From: Podarcis liolepis
Lineage: Eukaryota
DNA: 64,000 bases
NCBI GenBank assembly: GCA_965112155.1
Contig: OZ218103.1
Reading direction: 5' to 3' (one strand)
Shown: positions 12,250-23,742 of the stretch, piece by piece
Layout of the letters: each line of letters begins with the position of its first letter
How positions within the stretch are numbered: the stretch's first letter is position 1
Translations under genes and position numbers: made by a program
The notes under the pieces: model-generated
Told to the model about the DNA's origin: nothing
Databases searched by the model: none
What the model saw: the letters and a program-made list of their open reading frames with translations, nothing else

Positions 12250-15200
12250 GTAAATATCTTGTGCCTGCCCTCTTTGTTCGGGCTCTACCTTGCCATTTGT
12301 CTGCCACGGCCTGGGGCAGGGAGTGAGGGGTGGTTTGCCAGTCCTCGCCATATAAGCATTGTTTCTGTGTTTTTGTTTGTTTCTTTTTAGACCCTCATAT
12401 CTCTTGGGGTGTGGAGAAAAGTTGGGTTTCAATCATATTGCAAGCTGCAGAGGGATTTCGGTTAAGCTGGAAGGACTTGAAAGTGCTGCACTAGGAAGGA
12501 GAGAAACTGGACTCATGCAAAGCCCTCTCAGAGAGCAAGCAGTTCAGTGGTTAGTGAATACACAGCAAGGAACTTGCTCTTCTTTGTGCCATGCAGCATA
12601 GCAACACGAGGGGAGATTAGGGAAATTTGAAAGAGGCACATTTTTCAGCTGGTTTCTTCTAAAAAAATTACAATTACAGGATGAGGTAGTGGTCAGACTC
12701 CCTTCTCAGGTTTCCCAGAGCTTCTGGGTCTGGCATAATTGCCAGGCTTGCAGACGAATTGAAGCTCTTCCAATCTAGGGTTAAGCCAATATTTTTGAAA
12801 TGTTAAAAGAGAATGATCTTTAGTTGATGTTCCTGCCCTCACCTAGAACAAGTGTTTTTATGCCTTCCTAAAACCTCAAGATGGTAGGTGTAAATGGATA
12901 ACATAAGGAGCAGCATTGACATTCATTTATTTATAAAGAAAAAATGATATACTACCCACACACAGAACACCAAGGTGGTGTACAAAAAATACCAATTTAA
13001 ATTCAATGCCTCTTTGCCTCTACCTTTGCTGTGTTCAGTTGTGAACTTCTCACTCATTCTATGAAATATTAGACCACAATATGATTTACATGTTGTGAGT
13101 GGTGGAACAATGGAATGTCTTAATAATATACGAAATGTCTAGCACTGTGTTTTATTTAGAATACACTGTGGAATTACCGCATTGACGCCATGCAGTTTCT
13201 GGGGAAAGGACTCTGCCTTTCAGATGGCTCTAAGGAGGGAGATGAGTAGGAAGAAGCCACTACATACTTAAAAAAGAAAAGGAAAAAAAGTGTGCACCAC
13301 TTTGTGTCACTACAGGCTTACTGCTTGTTAGGACTGCTCTGCTGTCTTGGGTTGGGCTGCCCTGAAGGTTTGTGGTTTCAGTTTCCCTTTGCCTCTTAGT
13401 CAGCCAGACTGTTCCATGCCATGCAGCATGTGGAATCAAAATGCTTGAGGCGTGTTTGGCTGTCTACCCCAGTATTGCCTGGGGCCCTTGTGTCTGCCTA
13501 TAGGTAAGCACCTCAGGGCTCCTGAAGGCAGCTTCTGTTGTTGCACTAGTGCTGTTTCAACCATGACAGAGTCCATTAGGAGTCAATTACCAACTGTAGC
13601 AGGGAAACGTGTGTGTGTTTTTTTGAAGAAAAAAACCGCATTTTAACTAAGAATTTGAATTGAGGGCTGTATCAGCATCATCTCAACAAAGGGAAGTCAT
13701 TTACCAAAGAGTCAATTGAGGTTGAAGCATTTACAGCTCATGCTGGCGTGTGAGGGATAGCAACCTGTTTAATTGCTCTGATGTGAGGTGAAGACAGACT
13801 GTGCAGTGTGGGAGGGAGTTAGTGTGTCCCTCATTTTCATTAGGGATTAGGCAGATAATTGTCAAGGGGAGATGGCAGGGACATGCCCAAAACTGCTCCA
13901 GGATTCTCTTGAACAGAATAACATGGAGAAATTTGGTTGCATCAGTGCCTTTAGTATGGAGCGGAGTCTGCAAATCCCAGCATGCATTGCTGCTGATCCG
14001 GTCAGTGTAGAGTTTATCTGTACCCCCTCCTGCTGCCATCACGGTAGTCCATCTTTCTTGCTTTGGCTTCAGGTCACCCTAGGCACTAGGTTCAATTTAT
14101 TAACTAGGGACTGCAATAAAGTGTTCTTTAATACTGTGTGTGTCAGGCTAAAGAGCCCCCACAACAGATTTTGACTCTTTGGTGAAGGGCGAAATGATAA
14201 AGGGAATTTGTCATATTATCTTCCCTCCGGTGTCCCGAAGGGATAGAATAACTAATTTGTTGTAATCAACACAGTTTCCTGGGCTGTGAATGGGGGCTTT
14301 CCTTTGGTTGCAGACGTGGGAAATCAAATGGCATAGCTTCAACAGGTTAGGTCTTGGCCAAACACAAGTAAGAAAGTTTGCTGCTAAATGACGGGAGATA
14401 ATTCCCTGCTCAGTGAATTATCTCAGTGATTATTGTACTAGTCATCAGTATTTCCTTGGGTTCACAGACTATATCAGTTGTCTCATGGATGATCCATGGT
14501 ATATCTCTTTACAATATTGAAATTTCTGGGTGGAAAGGCTTTTTTTATTAATGTGTTGGACTGGTAAAAATTTTTCTTTTGAGAAGCATATATGTATCCA
14601 AACATATAAGTATCCAACTCAGCCTCTGTCTTCTGACTTCCAGTCAGCTTTAACAGCTTCCTAGGATTACTATAGCTCCCTTTTAATTAAGCAAGACCCA
14701 CGTTATTTGTAGGGAAAGATAGAGGGATCTGCAATAGAGCTTATTATGTTGGGTTTCTTTCTTCCTCTGCTGAGGATATGCACACACGCTTTTAAAATTA
14801 TAGCTTAATTGTCCAAGAATTTATTGTATTGAAGCATTTGTGAATCTGCAGTGTTTAAACAGCGGATAAATTACATGCTTAGCTTGTAATGGGAAAATAT
14901 TTGGCTAGAAGAGAAAGACATTATTCCTGGTGAAAAATGCAAGGCACTATGAGATGGGTATATTTCCCCACAGCATGAAGTTCATGCAGGGAACAAATGG
15001 CTAGAACAAGAATAGTAAAGTTGTTTAGTACAAATGGTAGAGAAGTTGAATAGTTAATGGAAAGTGATACTAATCCTGGTTTATTGGCCGTAAACATGGA
15101 ACAGAAAACATGCAATGATCAGGTGGGGAAAGTTTAAAGATATTCTTAAACAAATCTTAGATTCTCAGGATTTTGAGAAGTCATAATTTTGCATTTCAGA

Positions 15201-16320
15201 GTTGCACTCCAAAATATATCCACGCTTGGGACCACGCAGGGTTTTAAAACCTGCTTTGTATCCAGGTTTGTAGTTATACTAGTGTGTTGTGAGTTCTACA
15301 GGTCAAGACTATAAGGTTGCATTCAGTGTAGTGTTAAGGTGAATGTTCTGTCAGTGCAAGGGTTTCCTTTGCTCTGCTGAACATTCTTTTCTCTCCTCAT
15401 GCGTCCCCAAATCTGTTCTGGGGGGTTCCCCCAACCCTCTGGTTCAGATTTGGATCACAGGGAGGAGGAAGGGAGAAATCCCATTGTACAAGAGCTAATC
15501 CTTGTGCTTGTGCAAGAATTTAATTGACTATTGCTATAATGCTTTAGGGCTGGGAGCCAAAAGGCATACCCTCCAATATTTCGCATGAAAATAGGGACAT
15601 TCTGTGCTTTAGAAATGTCCCTATCTTCAGACTGTTCAGGTAGCAATGGGCATTCTATTGTATGCAGCATAGTAAAAAGATTGAGGCTAAAATAATTCAG
15701 AATGGATCAAAGCAAACAGATTTTAAACCAGTGAGCAAATCAGCGTGGTGGTTGACCAACTTTGTGTAAAATGATTCATAAAAGTAATTTTATCTATTGG
15801 AGTCTGTTTTCAGGAATTGGGCAAAACAAAGATGTAGAAGTTAAGTGAGGTTTTGGAGACCTGGGAGACCTGAATAGCATTCTTACAGTCCTAGCTAGTG
15901 TGAGGCCCTGTAGATTTTAGCCTAGTAGAATCTTTGTGGTTCATCCAGAAGAGACTGCTGTTAGGGTAGAGCTTCTTTTAAGGACAGTGTCACATGTTAT
16001 GTCAGTATAGTTTGGGCTATTTTGTTTCGCCTAGTGCTATAAAACCCTTTCCATGTCCCACTGGTTGTTTTAGATGCAATTTTCCTCCATAATTTTTAGT
16101 ACATTCCTAGTACGGCTAGATTTGTACCAGCAGAAATTGTTGATATCTTAACATATCAAAGCCACTTTGGCAGTTTAAAAGGCATTAAAATTAATGGGTG
16201 CAGTTCTTAGCAGGGCCTTCTTAGTGCAGACATTGACAGCTGGCTCTCTGTCAGAGAGTGGTCTTTGTACATCCTTTTGCATTTCCTTTTCTCAACATAT
16301 GCTGTCTCTTTCTCTTTTAG

Positions 16321-16392
16321 GCTGTCCCAGAGACTGCTGGCATCAAGTTTCCGGACTTCAAGTCTGCAGGTGTCACACTGCGGAGTCAGAGG
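16321..16392 (+). CDS. DMAP1: DMAP1 coding exon 7 (AVPETAGIKFPDFKSAGVTLRSQR)
   Basis: Long pyrimidine tract plus ttttag acceptor, AGG|gtaggc donor. 72 nt. Confidence 0.96.
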
Positions 16393-16724
16393 GTAGGCTA
16401 CCATGTTGGTCGTTGGAGCCCTGTGTGGATGCTTGATTGCTTTCATTTCCTATTTATTCTCCTTTTAAAGCTGTTAAAGGTCCATTGGAGTCTGGGCTGT
16501 AATATCAATGTGGGTTCTGGCTGGTCTCAGAAATAATAGCTGTGTGTTTGCACTAGAGGCCCACTAGAGGTGCCAGTTGTGCATGGCTGAACTTGCTTCT
16601 TTGCTCCTTAAGCCTCAACTGTTCTGACTATGTCTCTGTTTCTTCATTCTCCCCCCCCCCATTTACATAATGGTTCTTTTTCATAAATGATAAACGAGGC
16701 AAAGGTGTTAGGTGCAGCTTAGGG

Positions 16725-17530
16725 CTACTCACTGCCCAGCAGTCTCCCTGCCTGAGCTGACAGAGCTGGTCTCAGAGCCTGTGTTGAGGACTCCCAGACT
16801 GCTGGTTCTGGGGGACTTCAACATCCATACTGAAGTAACTGGCTCTAGGGTGGCTCAGGGCTTCATGGCCACCATGACAGCCCTGGGGCTGTCCCAACAT
16901 GTCATTGGCCCAATGCATGAAAGTGGGGGATATTGACACAAGTCCCTTGTCGTGGTCAGATCCCTGTTAAGATTTAGACTTTCAGCACCTTTTCCCCTCT
17001 GCAGAGGCGGGGATCTATTAGGATGGTCCACCCGCAGAGGCTGATGGATCCAATGGGTTTCCAGTCAGCACTGGGGTATTTTCCGGCTGATATGACTGGT
17101 GCTCTTGTCAAGCCTTGGCTGACCTCTGGAACATCTGAATGGCAAAATCACCTGCATCCGCTGGTGGGATCTTGAGTTCACGAGTACAACATATGAATTT
17201 CAAAGGGTATCCTGAGCACTGTCTAGACTTGTTGTGTTGGATCAGTTTTAGTTTGGAAGGCTTGATGTGGACAAGGTGCTTGGATTGATCAGGGTGACCA
17301 TTTGCACTCTGGACTCTTGCTCCCCTTGGCTGATAAAAACTAACAGAGAGGGGACAGTTGGCTGGGCCAGGCAGGTGATTACTGCCTCCTTGCGAGATGA
17401 GGTGGTCCCTGCCTGCTTGAAGGAGGCAATGGTGGAATCATTCCTCAAGAAACCCTCCCTGGATTCGGAAAATCTAAGTAACTACCAGCCAGTTGTCAAG
17501 CTCCCCTCCTTGGACAAGTGGTTGCAGATC
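16725..17530 (+). mobile_element. Decayed L2-clade LINE fragment (APE endonuclease to pre-RT region)
   Basis: RLLVLGDFNIH endonuclease motif, plus TICTLDSCSPWLIK and LKEAMV…LKKPSLD…NYQPV. Confidence 0.85.
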
Positions 17531-20500
17531 AGATCCCTTCCTTGTTACTGAGCAAGCTAATCACTGATGGCGTTGTCAGGGTTGTGGCTTTGCTGTATGA
17601 CATGTCTCAGAACTCCTAATAGAGTAGGAAGAGCGAATTGGCTACAGTGCATATATGAGAAATCTGTTGCTGACAGTAGGTTAATTGGTGTAACTTTGGG
17701 ATATGCCTTGGAATGCTACTTGGAGCAGCAGCAGGGAGGTGAGTGGCTATGGCTTGGTTCAGCCTTAATAACAAACCGTGGTTTGTTTGCTTTGAGCATG
17801 AGCCTTGGGTTTACATGGTCTTCCCACCTCTTTGCAAGTGAGGAGAGGAGACTGAAAGCAATTTCTTGTTTTGTCCAAACCTGAGGAAACTGTAGTTTCT
17901 CCCCTTTCAAAAAGAAAAAAAGGAAAGATGGGAGAGTGCATGAGACTTTCATTTGAAACAACTGTCTGAATCAGGCCAAAGCATTGAAGTGAAATGTTCT
18001 GGCAAGGTCACCAGGTTTTCCACAGTCTTCATCATACTCCAGCATGGACGGGGACTTTGGCTTATTAAGCAGGCCTGGGTTTAGTTTTGCAGAGATCCTA
18101 GACTATTAATTATTTGAGTCCCTTCTTCTAACTCAAACCTGTACCATCTTTATCAGCTTCATTTTATGCTCAACATAGTAAGCAAGATTTTATATTTTTG
18201 GTTATTTTCATGCAACTATAAAACTAAAGATTAAAAAACCCATCCATCAGCAAGGGTTTCTCATGTTCTATATTATTAGAAGTACTTCATTAACAGAGTT
18301 TGTCTTTTGCCCAGGACCATTCCCCCCCCTTCAAAGATCTTGAGTTGCCTAAAATTTAAGACCATAGTCATATGCCAAGACTGGTCATTGGTAAATCTAC
18401 CTCCATTACTGGGCTATGTTGGCATTAAATATCAACATTGTTTTGGCTAGGGAATCACTGGGTGAAAAGATATTGGGTGATGAGAATTGACCTTTGACCA
18501 CTCATTTAACCTTGTCTGAGGTCCCAGTTCATGCATTAGGAGTGTAGCACGGCTGCCATTGCTTTGTAATTGGATCCTTTGCTTCGCTGGCAAGATTAAG
18601 AGGACAGAATTGCATAGAATGGGGGGATAAAATGCTAAGTTAACATCAGTGCACTAGTGCCCAGCCGTTCCTGCAGCCATGCTATATCCATAATCTCTTA
18701 ATTGGGCCTCTGTCTTCAAGGGTTAATAGTTTTCTCTATGCTGCTGGCACTCATGGAGTCTGGAGGCTTTACCAATATTTGTGTGGCATTTCCAAAGCTT
18801 CTGCAAGTGATTGTGATTCTAAGTGTTGGCCTGGATTGGAAAAAGCTGGCTTTATTGGGCTGTTATTTCTGCCAGTATGTGCTTCGATGCCAGCACTCCC
18901 ACCTCTGTTTTTGATTGACAAGGTTTGGAGATGGTGTGCAGTGTGACATACGCAAAGGTGAGCAGACATGGAAGCCCTGGGGAGCAATCGGGAGAGGATT
19001 TGTTAACTGCCTGGATTAAGTCCTCTTTCTAAACAGCTTGTTCAGATTTTCTTCTGCAGTTTCTTGCAATGGAGAAGCAAGGGGCAGCTTTGTGTCTAAG
19101 ATCAACGTGATGTTTTCTGCATAATAGTGAGGAAAACAATTTGCTTGAATATCGTTAAAAAACCAGTGCTTCCCCAGTTCTGGTTTAATGAAGATCTTAC
19201 AAATTAACAGATTTGTTTGGAAGTGCCCTGATAATGTCCTGTATTCTTTCCTACTCCTGATAACTTCCTTAATTTGATAATAGTCATTTAAACCTTGCAG
19301 AGTAACCAAGTGCTGGCAATCAGGAGTTTAGAGAAATTTGAAGGGGGGGAAAGCAGTTATCACTATAAGTTCTATACAGATCTTTTGCTTCTACAATTAA
19401 TTATCAGAAATTAACAGCTGAATTTGGTTTTCAAAAGACCAAACCTGATCATTGTAGTCCTTAAAGAATTGAACAAAAGCAATCTTCCCTTCCTCAATCT
19501 AGACCTCTTGGGAAGAGTGGGGTGTAGTAGTCACTTTGAAAAAGAAGCAGTTTTGTATGATTCAAATATATTGTGTACCAGTGAATTTGAAATGTGTGCG
19601 CAAATTTCATATCTCCCCTCACATTATTTTTGGAGAAATTAATTTATTCCTGTAGACTTTCATGCTGCCAGCTTAGAATAGAATGAAGGCTTTAAATTTG
19701 CGTTCTCTCTGAATGTGGACTTCTTTTATATTTAACCTTAATATTCCCTCTGTGTTAATATACATTTTGTCAGGCAATTTTGGTGATACGTTTTCTTGCT
19801 ACCCTATCCCCCTTGCTAAAGCGAATATTGGCAAAGAATAGGTGTGTGTTTGGGTTCTGCTTTGGGGCTCTTGCCCTGAGTCTATGGGATGAGGCAAGAG
19901 GTCTGGACTCTAGACTGCTAAGTCTTTGATAATGAGGCAAAAACAGTAGGATAAAAGAAAGTTCTTAGCAGCCTCAGAGCCAGGGAGCGCACTGGGAGAT
20001 GCTGTGGCGCAATTGTTTAGTTCACAGCTGGACACCTTCCACCAAGAAAGGCTTCCAGCCGGCAGTTTTACTTGTTACCTGCTAACTAGGATCTTGTAGA
20101 CAAATTGGTGGTCAGACCAATTAAAAAGAAATAGGGGGAGAGGGAGCTTTCATTCCCATTGATTCACACATCCACCCTCACTGGCTTTTAAATATTTACT
20201 AGCCAACTGAGCACTTTTTTAGCACTGATTAATGAGGTACAATCTACTGTGGTGCTTGCTTTCTCGGAGCATGGGGCTGGGGTGGGGGCTAGGATTGTAC
20301 TACGCATTCAAGATAAACGAGTATTTTGGTCAAAGCTTGGCACGAGGGAGGGGGGCGGCTTAGGTATGTGTATATATTAAATGCATGTTCTCAATATTTG
20401 ATTTGTTTCGCTGTGAAGCGGTTGTGTGCGCTGCCTGTTTACTCTTCACCAGAGGCCCTTGGCCATGCGCCTTCTCTCTGACATTAATGCAGAGCCAGAC

Positions 20501-21334
20501 CTCATCAGCTGCTAACGGGGGAAACATCTGTCTTTCTTCGCTTGATCAATACTGTCCCTTCAGAGGCCGAGCCTTGAAAGCAGTTACATAAAATACCAGT
20601 AATATTTATTTGGATTTGATAAATTTAATTACTTGGAACAATTAATAATTTATCTCTTTAGTATTGACTGTGCTGCAAGGCATTTTGGTGAGATAAGCTG
20701 ATGGTAATCAGCACCTTCTTATTAGCCGGAAATTGTATGTTGCCACGATGGGAAAAGACTTCCAATGGTTAGAAAGATGAAGTGTTCTTGTTGCTTTTAC
20801 TGACACATTCATGTAGTAACAGCGTGCAGAGCTAGACTCCACTACACAAATGTGTGAGATAATAGCTTGGGACATGGAGCACGTGGCAAGATGGGCGGAA
20901 AGTGTGATTTGAATGTCATCTCTGTTTTACTAACAGATATTGAGCGCTGAAGCAATACAACTCAGAAGTATTCTTCTAACCCTTCATCAGTATGTCCAGT
21001 ACTGCAGTGGTTCTCAGATCTTTTACTTATGGGAGACTGGTTGTAAAAAATGTGGGGCTTGTGTAATACTGTCATGCCAGTGGATAGGATTTCCTCCCCA
21101 TCTGCTCCAAAGGGTCTCCCAGCTCTTTGGAGGGAATTTGGGGAGATTGCGGAAGGAGGAAAGGAAGGGCAAGCAGAAGTTTTTGTCGTGCCAATGTGAT
21201 GCCACAAATGGCTGTCACCCTTGATTAATTGAAAGATGAGATTTCATAAGCTAGAGCTCCTGATCACAAATGCACCAAATGGGTAGTGAAGGTTTCATAT
21301 GAATGTGCAAGTGTGTGTGCACCCACTTACCCCC

Positions 21335-21732
21335 TGCATTTGGGGCCAAATTTAAAGTGCTGGCTTTAGCGATTGAAGTCCTAAGTCCAGGTTATGTGAA
21401 GGACTGCCTGTACCTGCATCAGGCTGCCTGAGTTTTATGATAAGTTATGGACCCTATATTTTCTGAACTGTAGATTAGTAGCTAATGGGTATCAAGAAAA
21501 GGGCCTTTTCAGTGGTGATCCCATAGTTACAGAATATGACCACCACCCCCCGCCCATGAAGTGACTTTTACTTGCTTTTTAAATTCTTTTTTTTTAAATA
21601 GTTGTTTTTTACTGCTAACTTTAAATGACTTAGTTATATGATTGAATGCATATGTTCTATTACTGGTTTTATATGCTGCCTTGGGAGGACAATTGTCCTG
21701 CCAGGTAGAATGTAAATCTTTAAATAAACAAA
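21335..21732 (+). mobile_element. Degenerate L2 3' end
   Basis: …caaatttaaagtgctgg…agggccttttcagtggtg…ctgccttgggag…taaataaacaaata resembles an L2 3' terminus. Confidence 0.5.
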
Positions 21733-22199
21733 TAGCTGATACATGAATTACTAGTTTTGCTAATAATATTTGCATATATTTGTTTATTAATTCTGCCTAT
21801 AGTGCACTTCTGAGATTTAGCTCTAGGCAGAAGGTTGGACATTGATAGGCTTCTGGTCCTTTCAGAATATTGGGTTTGGGGCATGTACCCATGTAGTAAG
21901 GTGTTAAGTTTTGTTAGAGCCCATTATTTGCCAGAATTACTTCTAGGCATGTGCCAGATTGCTTAACACGGCCTGGAAGTAATTTTTGCAGCGTAATCTT
22001 GGAAGAATTTGGTCCCTAATCAGAGTCAACCTTCCTGTGATTTGCGTATAGTAAAATGCAGCTGTGAGTGAAAGAATTTCCTTAAAAGTGAGCTGTCATT
22101 ACAAAAATAACCTAGAATCCACATAAAGGAAAGGGCAGCTGAAAAGCGTAAATACTTTGCATAGCTGTGAACAATCAAATACTAAAGGAAGAACTCTAC

Positions 22200-22550
22200 T
22201 CAACCTGCAGCTGTGACTGAAAAATGCCAAGAGGATGTTGGGTCACATAAAGGAAGGGAAACCCATATGGAAAATATCCTAATGCTCCTGGACAATTTGA
22301 TGGTTCCCTCTTATCTGGGTAATGTCTGCATCGCTGCTCGCTTTATCCTTCAAAGGAAATTACTCAGTCGGAGCTTGAGAAGGTGATTTCACAACCTCCT
22401 TGGGCAGCCTGTTCCATCGCTGTAGTGATCTGACAGTTAGGAAAACCTTTCCTAATGGATGACTTAAATCTAAATGCTTTTAATTGAAATCCTTTGGTCT
22501 GTGTCTTATTCCTAAAAGACATGGTGAAGAAAAGTTCTCTCCATCTTGGG
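22200..22550. mobile_element. Ancient CR1 LINE remnants (the distal part on the - strand)
   Basis: acaacctccttgggcagcctgttcca…acagttaggaaaacctttcctaat is the reverse complement of a CR1 ORF2 3' region. Confidence 0.5.
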
Positions 22551-23394
22551 AGTTGAGGATGGAGGTGGAAACCCACCAGGAATGCCTTTCTGTGCAACCT
22601 TCACTGAAATGAGTTGAAGTTGCACAGCAGTACAGTATTTGTGTGTAATGCCCATTGATTCCAGAGCCGCTGGCTCAGAACCCAAAGTGGATCATGCTCT
22701 GCATGTGAATCTTTAGATATGGTTACAGGAAATCTAGGACAGCATAAAAATGGCTGGTGGTATGCATTTAGTAGATTATTGTTTTACAATAAACCTTGAA
22801 GAGTGGCAGACAAAAATCTGCCCTTTGATCAGGTTTAAATACAACAGAGGATGAGCTCACTTCTCTAGGGTGACCATAGTGTGGAATTTAAAGCCAGTTT
22901 GGACATTTCTGTGAGTGAAAAAGAAAGCAATTCAGGGCTTGAGCAATTAACAGGAAATAAAAAAAACTCTAGTTCCAGGGAAGTTTCTAGTGCCTGATTG
23001 GAAGCTGTAGAAAAAAGAAGACAGGTTTTTCTGATACTTGTTGCTGCAAGAGTCTGGCACTTTTGTTTGAATGCTTTGCAATTGGACCATGGACTTCAGT
23101 TGAGCCCAGATGTGGTGGCACTCTCCTTGCAGAATTTTATGAGACCTAAATGTATCTCAAATCAGTGTTCTGAGCAGGCTTAAGGAAAATGGTAATGGTT
23201 TAAATAATATGCTCATAATAGCCCTTACACACATTCTTAAAGTGTCTGGTAGGATCCTTGATCATCGTGGCATAGAATGTAAGCACATGTTCTTCAGTAG
23301 CAAAACCCATGAAGAAATGTAGTAGCTGTGCAGGACAAGTCGGAGCCTTTTTTGTGGTGGCACCCTATTTGTGGAGTTTTCACTTATTAACAGC

Positions 23395-23742
23395 AGAGGT
23401 GGCAAACCTTCATAAAGACAAAGGGCTGCATTCCCGTCTGTGAAAGCTTCTTGAGGGCCACATTCCAGTGGCATATGAGGCTGGAGGCAAATGTGGGCCA
23501 AGCAGCAAATGTAAATGTTGTCTTTATACCATAAAGTAGTTTCTACACACACTGACACACCCACCCTGCTATTCTCTGTCAAGACAAGCAAGAGGCATTC
23601 TCAGAGTTCAAGGACACATTCCAGCCAGGCAAAGGGTATGAAGCAGGGCCTGTGATGGGTGTTGCCTGGGGAGAGTCCTGAGGTTCAGCCAGAGAGGCCT
23701 AGAGGGTTTCATTTGGCCCCAGGCCTGAGGTTCCCCACCCAC
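23395..23742. mobile_element. Degenerate hAT-like non-autonomous element
   Basis: Begins cagaggtggcaaacc…gggctgcattccc and ends ggcctgaggttccccaccc. Similar termini occur near 200-215 and 37540-37577. Confidence 0.45.

Noticed and set aside
16551-16574. CTCF-like ccactagaggtgcc
   Set aside because: It mismatches the GGC core and is part of a tiny cactagagg duplication. Not supportable without a PWM score or ChIP data.
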